Below are positions 36,839 through 48,673 of a DNA stretch of 64,000 nt, piece by piece. How positions within the stretch are numbered: the stretch's first letter is position 1; every line of letters starts with the position of its first letter. Below the pieces are notes generated by a model. The model had not been told where the DNA came from and did no database searches. It saw only the letters and a program-made list of their open reading frames with translations. The stretch is from NCBI GenBank assembly GCA_973895155.1, contig OZ316892.1, positions 12,092,238-12,156,237 on the forward strand, in the 5' to 3' direction. The position numbers and the translations under genes were made by a program. Source of the DNA: Marsupella aquatica. Taxonomy: Eukaryota; Plantae; Marchantiophyta.

Positions 36839-37385
36839 GTCGACCTTTGGCTCGTGTCCGTTGTGGCCACAATGATGGTTTGGTGCCGGATCACGAGATT
36901 TGGGTAGGATGTGCTCAATTTCCTCCGTTATTGAGGTTAAATTGACAGGTGCTTTTGTATCATAATTGTGCTACACGAGGCTCGCGTAGGATGTCATAAT
37001 CAACTTATGACTTGCAAATCCCGGATCTTATCACAGACACCCATATCACACGGCATGTACTAATTGTCGGGTTGAGGACTGTGGGAGAACAATAGGCGAG
37101 GTTGGAGTTGGTTGGTTCCATTCACTTTCCGCACGAGGCTCGTGTAGGCCAAACTACTCAGCTCTAGGATCATTATGACCTTGGAAAGTGAAAGGTGTGT
37201 ACTTGTACTGAATGTCACTTTCACTGCAATGGCGCGCATGTCAACCTATGGCTCGGGTCCGTTGTGGCCACAATGATGGTGTGGTGCCGGGTCACGGGTT
37301 TTAGTATCATAATTGTGCCATACATGGCTCGCGTAGGATGTCATAATGAACTTATGACTTGCAAATCCTGGATCTCATCACACAC
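36839..37385. repeat. ~400-bp tandem duplication; its first unit (29790-29977 plus 36839-37047) was split by the copia
   Basis: 37048-37240 matches 29790-29977, and 37240-37385 matches 36839-37040. This reconstructs the empty copia target site. Confidence 0.85.
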
Positions 37386-37539
37386 ACCTTTATTCGAGAG
37401 GCTTATTTCTCTCCTTCAAGTTATGCTTTGTGATGAACTTCTGGCTCAGTCTCCAACATCTCTCTGATCAAATCTTCCTTTTCCCAATTGAGCGTTTGAC
37501 AACCATTTTGGATCGTGGTGATTTTCCTTAACTTTCATA

Positions 37540-37938
37540 ATGGCACATGGGAGACGATTGAGGAGTTCTTTGGCATTACATACGGAGGAGAGTTCTAGAG
37601 CATTACAGGCAGAGAATGCGAATGACGAGCGGTCCAACTTCTCTGTGTGCTCGGAGCCATCCGATAGTTTTGACTCTGGAGTTGCTGCAAGAACAGAAAC
37701 CATTCCTCCTCTTGGCAACCAAACTGTGGTTAGTCATGACAAGACGAATGACCAGGCACCTGTTGCAGATGAGGTGGAGGAGGAACAAAAAGAGCAAGAG
37801 AAGAAGCCGACAAAGGCCGCGGAGGAGGAACAAAAGAGGATCCGTCGGGAGGAATGTCGAACGATGAGGCGTCGTTGGAAGAGGGAGCATTTGGCCACTA
37901 GAAGAAAACGTCCCCTTTTGAGACCCTATGCTTTGTGA
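37540..37938 (+). CDS. Hypothetical 132-aa charged protein with a basic C-terminus
   Basis: ATG-initiated ORF with an acidic middle and an Arg-rich NLS-like tail. No family recognised. Confidence 0.25.
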   Translation: MAHGRRLRSSLALHTEESSRALQAENANDERSNFSVCSEPSDSFDSGVAARTETIPPLGNQTVVSHDKTNDQAPVADEVEEEQKEQEKKPTKAAEEEQKRIRREECRTMRRRWKREHLATRRKRPLLRPYAL

Positions 37939-39199
37939 CTTTAGGGAGACTTTCAAAAATACATGACTCCAAGTTTAGGGGAGTCATTGTTGTTACATTT
38001 TATCAACTGATTTTTGGGGGATATTTGTGAAAGTCATTCCTACAACTTCTGATAAAGTAGCAATTGTAACACTAGTAGGGCAGTCATATGTAAGTTGAAT
38101 AAGCTACTCTCCATTACGGCATTCTGAAATAGAGTGCAAGAAGGATTACATGCACTCTAGACATCACGGAATGTTCCATTTACAACCCTTGACTTGCAAC
38201 TTGCGGAGTCGGGAGCACTAGGTGCACATAGAAGGAATGGGGGTTTAGGGTTGCAAAACTAGTTAAATGTCTTCATGTCAAGAGCATTGTAGCTAGTTAT
38301 CCTAGCTAGCCTAATTAAACGTGCATGGGAGTACTTGCCTCTATAATAGTAAGTCTTATGCTGCTCAATGGATTCCTTAGAGTTCATGGGCAACTTTGAC
38401 AAGAATATTGGGGTGATATCATTTTCAATTCAGGGCTAAAGTAGTGTCTGGCCCCCATTCTTTGTCCACCCTCCCTAAGTGGCATGTGTAAGGGTTAATT
38501 TACAGTTGCGTTCTAAGAAGGTTACAGTTGCGTTCATTTAATCTTTGCTCACAAAGTGTCGTGTCCAATTTGCTTTAGGGTACTAACATGTGTATCAACG
38601 GCTCATGTCAACGCAAAGTGGTCGAGGCTCATTGGGTTTGGTTCACTAAGTGTCACTAAGTGTTAAGGTATGCTTTGTGCGTGAGTGTGCCTTTGGACAC
38701 GAGTTTAGGGTGCGCGGGTTTTTTTTAGGGTTTAAACACGCCAGCAGAGTGCAAAGTTCAGTTCAATGTGCGTGGGAACTCTGAGGGTTTTGTTTCAGAA
38801 AAACTCACTTGTCCATTACGGGGACATTCGTCGTGCCTGAAGGTCGTCACATTGTGCGCGGTCTCACGAAGTGGGGAGTGTGCTTCGCGATCGGGGCAGT
38901 TCCTTCGCGTAGGGGAGTTTTGCGCTTGGAGCTTGAAGGTTTACCTTCAAAGCTCTAGAGCATTCAAGCTGAGAGGGCGACCGGCTTGCGGAGTGGAGAG
39001 GTGAGCTGCAGTGGACGACGAGCTCTAGGACTGGGAGGAGCTGTGGGCGGGCAGGAGCTGCAATTTGGGAGCTGCTCTGGCCGCCGGTCTGGCCGAGGAG
39101 CTACGAGCGGAGAGCAGCTGGAGTGGAGCTCGAGCGGAGTGGAGCTGGAGTGGAGTGCTTCTGTCACACACTGCTGAGGATTGCTACGTAGCTTCAGTT

Positions 39200-39432
39200 T
39201 GGGCGGCGGTGCGAGCAGAGGTGCTGAGAGCGGCTCAGGTGCCAAAGGAGGTGGTGCGAGCGGAGGTGCGAGCGGAGGTGCTGAGAGCGGCTCAGGTGCC
39301 AAAGGAGGTGGTGCGAGCGGAGGTGCGAGCGGAGGTGCTGAGAGCGGCTCAGGTGCCAAAGGAGGTGCTGAGAGCGGAGGTGCGAGCGGAGGTGCGAGCG
39401 GAGGTGCGAGCGGATGTGCTAAGAGCGGAGGT
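39200..39432. repeat. Compound minisatellite (12-bp GGAGGTGCGAGC units within ~57-bp units)
   Basis: GAGGTGCTGAGAGCGGCTCAGGTGCCAAAGGAGGTG occurs three times, plus GCGGAGGTGCGA repeats. Confidence 0.9.
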
Positions 39433-41154
39433 GGTAAGAGAGGTGCTATTGGATCACTGAGAAGGCTGCAACCTCTCTATCTTATTCCTACTATCTGGCG
39501 GTTGCAGTTGGAAGGAGGGTCGAGTGGCGAACATTTTGTCAGTTGAGGACTCAGCTGCGGGTTTGTCATTTCCTGGAGCTCAATCGCTTGCTACTAAGAC
39601 TACTGTTGCTGCAATTGCAAGTTGCTTGATCATGAGCTACCTAGCTCCATTGTGAGTTGCCTCCCTATTCTCCTTGTTCTCCCTGTCTCCCCCTTGCTTG
39701 CAGTTACTATCGCCAGGAAGAATGTGTTTGGCCAAGATGCTAGATTGCGACTTGTCTTCTTGCTTCTAGCTCGTGTATATGCTGGCATCCGTGGGGGTTC
39801 CTCGAGTTTGAGTCTGCAGAGGAAGAGTCTATCATAGTCTAATTAAATGTGGGCCATATTACTCTGGTCATGAATGAGTTCCCTGGAAATAGAACCTCTC
39901 TGATTATAGAGGTGCGATTTGGTCAGAATTTTTTCCCCTCTCATTGTATCCACTGATGCCAACTCACTTTCATCACCTCAATTCTGAACAATGAGCGTAG
40001 TCTCAGGCTCCATACTGCCTATACTGAATGGTCTAGCTGCGATGTCCACCTCGGCTGAAGTGAGCTCTGACTTGGAGCCTTAACATTTGTGTTCGATCTG
40101 TGGGGCTGTTTAGAGTTGGTTCCGTCCAGAAGCTGCTCTACTGAAGTGATAGAGCTCCGGCTTGGAGGTGGATCTTCACTTTTTTGTGGGTCTGAGTGAC
40201 TTCTGTCTAGCTGGGCTTAGCTGAGTCAGTAATACATTCAAAAGAGGTGAGTATCCCTGACCAACATTTATTTACTCTTGACCACGCCAAACTAATGGCG
40301 CTTCAATTTGAACTTTCTAAGTCTGACTGCTGACTCCGCTCCTTAAAACCTACCTTAATTATATTCATGTCTTTCTTTTGTGCATGCGCATAATGTCTTT
40401 CATTCAGTTTAACATTAAATGTGAGACAGGGCTGCATCCAGCTCTTCTAGATGACAAGAAGGCATTGATCAGTTGCTTTTTTATCTGTCCTCACCAAACA
40501 AGAAATCTTTCTTACAAGAAACCTATCTTACAAGAAATCCAGCCTGGCCGAGAAGCTGCAAGTGGGGAGGATGTCTGTAGAAATTTGTAAGGAGTGGTTT
40601 GTCTCACAATGCCATTGTTGATGAAACCTTGCTTCTGCTGATGAAACCTTGCTTCTTCTTAATCCAATGCTTGCTGCCTTGTTACAACGTTTGTCTAGTT
40701 GACCACTTCAGTGCCTATTCTTCATTTCCTGTTGTTCCATTTTTGGAAATTTATGCTTAAGGAACCTGCATTTCCTTCCCTGTCCCCATGCTATCTCCAC
40801 TGCACCTTCCACTGCTAGCTATGTTGATTCCTTCCACTGCTAGCTCTAGACAATGATGCAGTCCAAATGCTGATCAGTCTCACTGGGGGTGCCGGTGCAG
40901 ACACAACTCGCACTGTGTGATTGTAGTTTTGCTTTGTCAGGACGAATGTGTTTGGCTAAGATGCTAGATTGTGGCTTATCTTCTTGCTTCCATCTCGTGT
41001 ATATTCAATTAGTAGAAGCTGGGAATGAAGTGAAAATTGAATTTCCTTATATTAAGCATCCTGACCTAGAAACTCAATACATAAACTCCTGGAGTCCCTC
41101 GGGACATAAAATGAGCCAAATTGTTTCAAAATTGGGAACCTGCACCCGCACTAC

Positions 41155-41496
41155 TCAAACAAATGTGTTGGGCTTGGTGGCCTTGTAAGTCGTCTTTAGC
41201 TTTCGCGATGGAGGTTGAATCTTGCGGTACGTCAAGGGGAACTTGATCTTTGAATCATGGAACTGCTTGGTACTTTCTCGCTTGCACAGAGAGACAGGGA
41301 CTGTTGTAGTCTTGATGATCTGGATGCAAGGGAACCAAACTCTATGACAAGAAGCCATCTCATCATACATCTGCTCTACAACGATGTTCAATGTGGTATC
41401 ACGATATTTCTTGTACATGTTGGGATAACCTGTACGACTCTGATACCTCACCCAGATACCGAAGTTCTTAATTGTGGTGGGCTTCTTTTCGAAGAT
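41155..41496 (-). pseudogene. RPL18A: 60S ribosomal protein L18a (eL20) C-terminal exon fragment
   Basis: [54 protein letters not shown]...[12 protein letters not shown]...[15 protein letters not shown] acceptor precedes it at 41497-41499. The N-terminal exons were not found. Confidence 0.92.
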
Positions 41497-42503
41497 CTGG
41501 TAGACACATTATTCAGCATTTGCTAACTTCGAAACTAGAAGGGTAACACATTAAACAACAGAGAAACTCACAACATCCTCCTTTGGTCCTTCAGAGTCTG
41601 TACTTTGATTATGAAGTTTGACTGAGTTTCTGTTTACTGAAAGAATGTGACTGTGTAAGAGTTCCGTTTGGCAGTGGATTGGTTGAAGCACTTCATGCTA
41701 GTGTGTTGTCTACAGCTCTTCAACCAGCTTTCGTCTTCCTTGTCTTTCACCACTTACGATGACATCAATTCAGCTAAGACCATAGAAGGTTCCAAAGCAT
41801 CTAACTTGTAAAATTGCATTTTGTTACATCAAGGACTAAGGTGTTGGGTGCCAAAGGAGACAACACAACAAACACGCTGAAAAGACTTCAGGACTGGGTT
41901 CAACAAGGTAGTGAAGGTGCTTAGAGCCTAGTAAGTATGCATTCTGTATCTTTCTCTGTTGATGTGAGCTTGTGCATAATGGGAGTTGTAGTTGGCAAGA
42001 GTTCCAAATATGAATAGATCCAGAAGTATGTGATCATGTACTTGCTCTATAAAGTTCTGAAGATATAAGCATTTTCTGTTAGACCAGGCAACTTGGGAGT
42101 TGGTAAGTGTCACCTGCATCTGAGGGGCTACACCGGGGGCATCAGTGGAGGTTCACTTGCACAACACGACAACCAGTGAATTTTCTCTCTGCTGCAACCT
42201 GCAAGGTGAGACTTTCGGTCTTTCTGGATGAAAAACAGGATTTTAATATGATTGATATACATGTCCGTCGAGAATATGGGTTTATCACCAAGCTCTTTGT
42301 CTTAGGAAACTCATAAACTCAGAATCAAATATGTACTATGCACGTTTCATGCTATGTGTATACTATGACCTGTAGTTGGAACCAAGACAATGAGTGAGAA
42401 CTGATTAGTTTAGGTGGTTGCTGTTGGCGAGGCAAGTCGACCTCCTGCTCACCTTGCTCATCAAAGGACGTGAACAGAGGACATCACAACGAAAGCAACA
42501 CTT

Positions 42504-42953
42504 ATGGTGAGGACCCGCAACGCTGAACATGTGCGACTTGCACGCAAGGCAGAGATGTTGCGCCTTGAGTATGTCAGACTTGGGATCCTTCCAGCCCAGT
42601 CTGCATGGTACTTTGAGTACCCTGTTGTTTCCAGGAACAACTACAGCCGGCCTCTACCTGCTTCAGTACCCTTCCCGACATCCTTGGTATTTGTGTCTCT
42701 TGTACATGACCCGCCACAAATTAGGTGCCAAGGGTGTGTACACAGTTGCCAATATGACTGTCCTGCCTGTAGGGCTTCTGGCCCAGAATTGGATGACCGT
42801 TCTCTTGGATGCCGATTTTTGCACAGAGCACAATGTATCATCTGGAACCACTCACCATCCTGCAGTGTGCCTGGTGATGTCACTTGTCCTGCCCTCCCAG
42901 ACCCCACCACCGGTGACTTTGGTGTCTACACATGTTTGGATCACATGCTCTAG
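42504..42953 (+). CDS. 149-aa Cys/His-rich protein of unknown family (CACTA cargo, copy 2)
   Basis: Open in both paralogs with identical length and 11 aa differences by eye. Motifs CxHxCxxxCxxC, CxxxHxxxC and CxxH. Confidence 0.65.
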   Translation: MVRTRNAEHVRLARKAEMLRLEYVRLGILPAQSAWYFEYPVVSRNNYSRPLPASVPFPTSLVFVSLVHDPPQIRCQGCVHSCQYDCPACRASGPELDDRSLGCRFLHRAQCIIWNHSPSCSVPGDVTCPALPDPTTGDFGVYTCLDHML

Positions 42954-43725
42954 AGGACCACTTGTCACACCGCATGCACAGACCAGATACCATTGACCTA
43001 TAGCTTAACACTCTGACTTCAACACAGAGGATATTTACTTAAAATTTTGATGTATGAGCAATTTTGGGTCCAGGGTTTAGGGTCAACAGTACATAACTTA
43101 TATCCTATTATGCCTGCACTAAGCAAAATATCCTAATTTAAGAGGCTAGCAAACTCGCATAAAAGTCTCTATTGAAAGACTGCTTTCATGACTGCTTTAA
43201 CCTGGTGAACATTGCAACGTTCAATGAATTAATGGGCCATGTGATAACCTGTAAAATGTGATTTATGCATCACTTATTTGTCTCAGCCACTATCATAGCC
43301 TATTTAGGATGTATAAATTTCAACCCTTATGACACTGCTTCATACCAATCCTCTTCGAAGAATGCGCGTTTTACATGTCACGACTATTGTATGTGATTCA
43401 AATGCATGAAATGTTGTTGCAGATCTCCTTTGGTGAATCATAGCCACAATTAAAATTGAGGTGTTGGTGGAGCAATTGTATTAGGGGATCAGGTTTGTGT
43501 GTGGGCTCAACATACCAAAAGTATGTCTGCTCTGCATCCTTGTGTGGCCATTCCAATTCATTGCAGTAGCAAATGCCTTTGTACCTTAAATGCTAAATAT
43601 ATTTTACTTTCTGTGCAGTCTGCTAAATTGTAGAGTCTATCTAAATGCCTTTGTACCTTAAATGCTAAATATATATTACTTTCTGTGCAGTCTGCTAAAC
43701 TGTAGAGTCTATCTCATGCGCAGGC

Positions 43726-44406
43726 ATGGCATGACCTAAAATTCAAGCCAAAAAGCGTGTGACAGAGGTGAGAAACACAGGTGTACTTGGGGCAGATGCT
43801 ACTAACTTCTCTGCAAGTCAGATTTTCCAGAAGGCAGCTCATTGTTGTGCCATTTGTGACGATGGTGGGGGCCTGGTCATTTGTGAGGGCCCTTGCATGA
43901 GGCATTTCCACCTCAACCCGGAGTCTGACCTTGCTGCAGAAAACAACTGTCCAGGGGTGGGCCTCCCGTCAACACACCAGGGAGACTGGATGTGCACTGA
44001 TTGTTTGGAGAAGCAGGCTAAGTGTGCACAGTGTGGGAAGTTGGGGTCCTATGAGGGCTCTGTTGATGCTGCAGCAAATGTTAGGAAATGTCCAGACCGT
44101 TTTTGTGTGAGATTTTTCTGTTTTGAGTGTTTGCCTGCTCATGCCACAGCTTGCCCACTTCATAGGTGCAAGGCATGTGGTGAGCATGATCATGAGTACT
44201 GGACTGACATAGTCCACTGTGCTAGGTGTCCCACCATGTGGCACTATCATTGCCTGAAAGATCGTCAAGCAGAGGGTTATGCTTGTGATAGAGAAATCTA
44301 TGATCACTCTGCACATGGTGTTGATCGATGGATATTTTATTGTCATCGCCATGCCATTGATCCTACCTCGCGCACTCCTGTGAGAGATCACATATCTTGG
44401 CTGTGA
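43726..44406 (+). pseudogene. EDM2-type PHD-finger module (copy 2) with TGA at codon 3
   Basis: ATG GCA TGA at 43726-43734 where the paralog has ATG GCA CGC. The rest is open and close to 54858-55538. Confidence 0.8.
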
Positions 44407-45324
44407 AGCTGAACATTGTACATGCACAGTGCACCTGATGTGGATGTACTATTTTTTGAGATTGCAGAGATTCCAATTTTGAAAAGGAGTTGGGTACACT
44501 AGTAGAAACCGGGGGGTATTTAGACCCCATTAAACGACTATTCAGTACCGTATAGGACTTGGAAACGACTGGGAAGGACTCCAGTCCTTTATAGGACTGC
44601 GAGTCGTATGTTTTGTTACTATAATCAACTGAGTCCTTTATAGAACTGGTTTATAAGTCGTTTAATAGACTGGATTTTCAGTCTATTTTAGTCTTTGTGT
44701 GGGTAGCTTTGGTGAGTCGTTTTCAGTCTTTTATGGGCTGCGATGGTGAGTCATTGGGAACGACTAAAAAGGTTATGGAGGGTAGTCTTTAAATATACTT
44801 TGTGGGGTATGTATAAGTCTTTCATGTCAACTGGATATGAGTGATGAAGACCCCACTATACTACTTGGAATGAACCCACTCTTGTGCACAAATAACATAT
44901 TGCATTCATGTTTTATTGTGTACTTGGAATGAACTCACTCTATAAGTTCACCATTCATTATGTTAACATTAGAATACATAGTTTCAGAAAGCCATCTTCT
45001 ATACCATGTACACTAATATGAATTCACAGATTCAAACTTCATAGACTACAAAGAAGGTCACAAAGTATTCCTCTATACCATACACACTAATACTGAAATG
45101 ATACAAAACAGATTCAAGTATCATAGACAATCACCATAGAGCCATAGTTTGACATCAATCACTTGTTTCATACATACAGAATTCAGAAATATCAATGTCA
45201 CACACAACGGCTCCTTCATCCTCTTTACCAAATGGAAAAATTGGTACAGATATGTCTTGGATCTTTCCAAGGCAATGTCAAAATGTGACACAATTCACAT
45301 GATTCTATCTACACTTGCATTCAG

Positions 45325-48300
45325 TCACTGCAGACTAACACACTCTGATGGCCAAAGCACAAGAGATCCTACTGCATCTGCAATTATTTCCTGAGGTGGA
45401 TCATCGTCTCTATTTGGAAATGGCAAATTACAATCAGATACAATCACTGTAGTCAACAACACTACTACATGGTCATCCGGGACCACTTTGCCATGGAATT
45501 TTGCATGGTCCGGTCGCATAATGCCTGTACCCACACATACCTGCGAGTCATCCTCCCATGATAGAAGATTATGGACTGGCTCTGCTGTGGCTATCACCTC
45601 CACCTTACCCTGGCTGTTTTTCTTGGCTTTCCTGGGTGGCTTATACATGACATTATTCATACCTTGGTTGCGAGTCATGACTTTGGCACGAGTGTTTTGT
45701 GCTGGTGATCGAGAATTGGCTACACTCTTCTTCAAAGAATCTGCATCCATATTTGACACTTCTGATTGTGTAGCAGGATTTCCCTGCGACATCATCTCAG
45801 TATCTGCCAACATTGTACTTGCTTCAATTGAAGCATCTACAATCTTACTTGCATCCAATGTTGCTCCCAAGTTTCAACGTCGCTTCACCTTGCTCCCACT
45901 TGGTTGAGAGTCTGTCAACTCTGCATCAACTACAATTCAGTGTCATGTCCAACATAAGTCAATCACTCATCACATGTGCTAAATGTACATGTCACCAACC
46001 ACAAAGTTGTCACTATCTCCTTACCATTATGAACAGCCTTCTTCCCCTTCTTTGCCATTGCCATATGCTCCATGTCTGCTTCTGTTGATCAATAAACACA
46101 CCACAATATTCAAGTTGAATCTATTAACCACTGAATTGTTTCTCAACATTCATATAGAGGAATTTAAAGCATCAGCTTACCTGATACCTCCTTGGCTATG
46201 GTCACTGAGGCACTGGGCACATCTTCTTCATTATTGCTCTTTGAATCACCTGATACATCAATCATGATGTCACTTCAGATCCCAGTTCATCCAACCAGTT
46301 CTTACAGAAAAGATTACCTCCAACCGGCTTAAGCTTCACAAAACTCCATGCACTTTTCAAATGTAATGTACTGGATCATAGCAGGTTACCTATCTCAGCA
46401 ACCTTCTTGCCCTTCTGCTTACTGATTACAGGGTCCTTCTCTGCCTCCACTCTTCCTGCATTCAAACCATTCACTCAATTCATGAAAACTTACTTCTAAC
46501 ATTTGAACATAGGACACAATGAACAATGGGCCGGTGTCATTTCCATACCTGTGTCAGATTTGCCAATTCCCTTTTTTGTTAACAAGGGCACACTTTGTAC
46601 AATGTTGCCCTCATTGTTTGGTTGGGAACCACCCAATTTTTCAATCACAAGCTTGAAATTAGATTCCACTGATGCAAGAAGGTTCGCTACAGATGCCTCC
46701 ACAATATCCAAACGATCAGCCAATTTACTTTCCACTCGAGGGAGTCCACACTCTAATGACTTCAACCGTTCACACATCTCTGTGAGAGTTGTAACAGTTC
46801 CCTGTCATAACACAACTTACATATCTCAGATAACTGTCCCCAAGAACTGGTTGCTTACTTCCTACTACATTTCTTTCTGATGCTCAAGGCCAAATAGTCA
46901 CAGAACATACAGAATTATAACATAATCACCTGTTTGGAAGTTACACTTGTCACCTCACTCCTTTGTTTCATGAACTCCTCTCTCACTTCTTGTGCTGATG
47001 GTTCTTCACCTGTCAATTTCTTCTGCAGTCCACATCAACATACATATGAATGAAACCAAGTGTTGATTGTCAATGAAAATGTAATAATGGTAGCAAGATG
47101 ATAAGTTTGAGGCTTACTATCAGGCATGTCACTGCCTTACCAATTGTTCTTTCACTGGAGCATAACTTCCTCTCCCAGCCTGTGAAAGGTGTTTCACTTT
47201 GCCTCGAGCATTTGACATCAGTTCACTCTTGCTCTGTCCAGCCTCCGACATGAACCCTTTGATTAACCATGTCCATTGATCCAATTCCAATGATGGGGGT
47301 GGTGGCATTCTCCTGTTAGAACCATTGTCTATCCACATCCTTTTCAACCTATGCCTCTCTTGTTTCAAAATCCTCATTGCATAATCTGATATGCAATCTT
47401 CAACTGGGCCCTTACCATCATTACCAACATACTCCCACCGTTCAAGAATGTCCTTGCAAATAGCAGCCCAATCAGCTTTGTTCTGACTCCTAAACTCTGT
47501 AATGCTCAAATCTAACCAACGCAATACTTCTCCTCTTAGGTCAGAATGCCAACGGTTCTTACCATCACATGTGGGAGTTATCCAACCTTCGGAATTCACT
47601 TCTACTTTACCAAATTTGTTATTGTCTCCTGCCTTGGTACTCCCTGAAGCGCTACTAGGTGTCCCTCCACGGCCTGGTGTCCCCCCACGGCCTGGGGTCC
47701 CTCCACGGCCTGATCTCCCCCCACGGCCTAGATTGCATTGTCCAAACCTCCCTGGAGTCCCTGCACATTTACAGGATCCATTTACAGTCACTTACATTAG
47801 GTAAGTATGAATCATAAATCCCGCTGCCAAATATACAGTGGACTTCAGAGCAATTCTGCAATGACCAAGTTACCTCTCCCTTGGCGCATAGATGGTTCTG
47901 GACCACCTGTCCTATTGCTTTATCTTGATGAATTAGGGGCGTTTCTCCCGCCTGTGAATGATTGCCTCCTATCTGAACGTGGATGGCCTTTGTTGTTTTC
48001 GTGATTGTCCCAATCAGAGTCTGCATACCAACAGGTACATGCCACACTCATGGACCTGTAAGATAAACTCTTTGCCCTAGCTACACATCAGATAAGTGCA
48101 TATTGAGCTAAATCTCTACTACCATCACAAAATCACTAGCACAAGGCACTTACTTGTCCAATCATCCTCCTCACCTTTCCATTGCCCTCTGTACCCGTCT
48201 CTACCACGCTCTGGGTGTTCATATTCATCCCATCCATCTTCTGCTCCATCATAGTCATCATCATAATTATCAGGCGTCCCTTGCCAATAACTCTGGCTCC

Positions 48301-48522
48301 TTCTAGGGTATGGATTATGTGATTTCTCTCTAGCTGCCCACCTACCTGGGACTTGATGAGGGCCCTGTGCATCCTGCACAGGTGCATTTTTCTGTGAGCC
48401 CCCTGCATCTGGGTCTCCATCCATATCCAATCTTTCCTCTTCACCCCACTCTCCAAGCCCCATGTCAGTCTCCATGTCATCACCCTCTTCCCCCATAGCT
48501 TTTGCACAGCACCCACAACCAA
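45325..48522 (-). CDS. CACTA TnpA-like multi-exon gene (acidic exon, Transposase_24/Ptta-like exon 47129-47791, DUF8039-like last exon 45325-45870)
   Basis: PPPSLELDQWTWLIKGF...KSELMSNARGKV...GRGSY (Ptta-like) and VCVGTG...FHGKVVP...LPFP...DAVGSLVLWP. Exon boundaries are approximate. Confidence 0.7.
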
Positions 48523-48673
48523 ACAGGGAGAATCAGCACACTAAATTCAAAGTATCAATGAATTTCATGCATATCCAACTATCCTAAACATCATTCCAGG
48601 CAGCAATTCCCGTTCTGTGACTCTGTGCAGGTAGTCATCCTCAACCTCATACTTGCCAACCGCCAGCTGTTGC

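Larger units (their letters stand above)
7895..37938. mobile_element. Large degenerate DNA transposon (Sola/DUF7869-like transposase plus divergent cargo gene) hosting two nested insertions; termini not identified
   Basis: A 21-bp palindrome is dispersed from 9047 to 37340 on both sides of both insertions. A repeat unit is shared between 16415-16750 and 26232-26286. The genes are arranged head-to-head. Confidence 0.55.
42139..44490 (+). repeat. Inverted paralog of 54775-56960 (cargo cassette of a sister CACTA)
   Basis: Continuous reverse-complement homology covering both ORFs and the intergenic DNA, ending a few bases before the TIR at 44497. Confidence 0.93.

Noticed and set aside
38070-38090. 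CACTAGTAG as the left TIR of the sister CACTA
   Set aside because: Only 9 bp match family A, the AAACCGGGG continuation is missing, and no clear subterminal repeats follow. It remains possible as a remnant but is unsupported.
38240-38735. TTTAGGG telomeric repeats
   Set aside because: Isolated single copies, at most telo-box promoter elements, and not an array.
38964-39546. Gly-rich or Pro-rich cell-wall protein ORFs
   Set aside because: Open in several frames because of a GC-rich minisatellite, with no signal peptide or proper ATG context.
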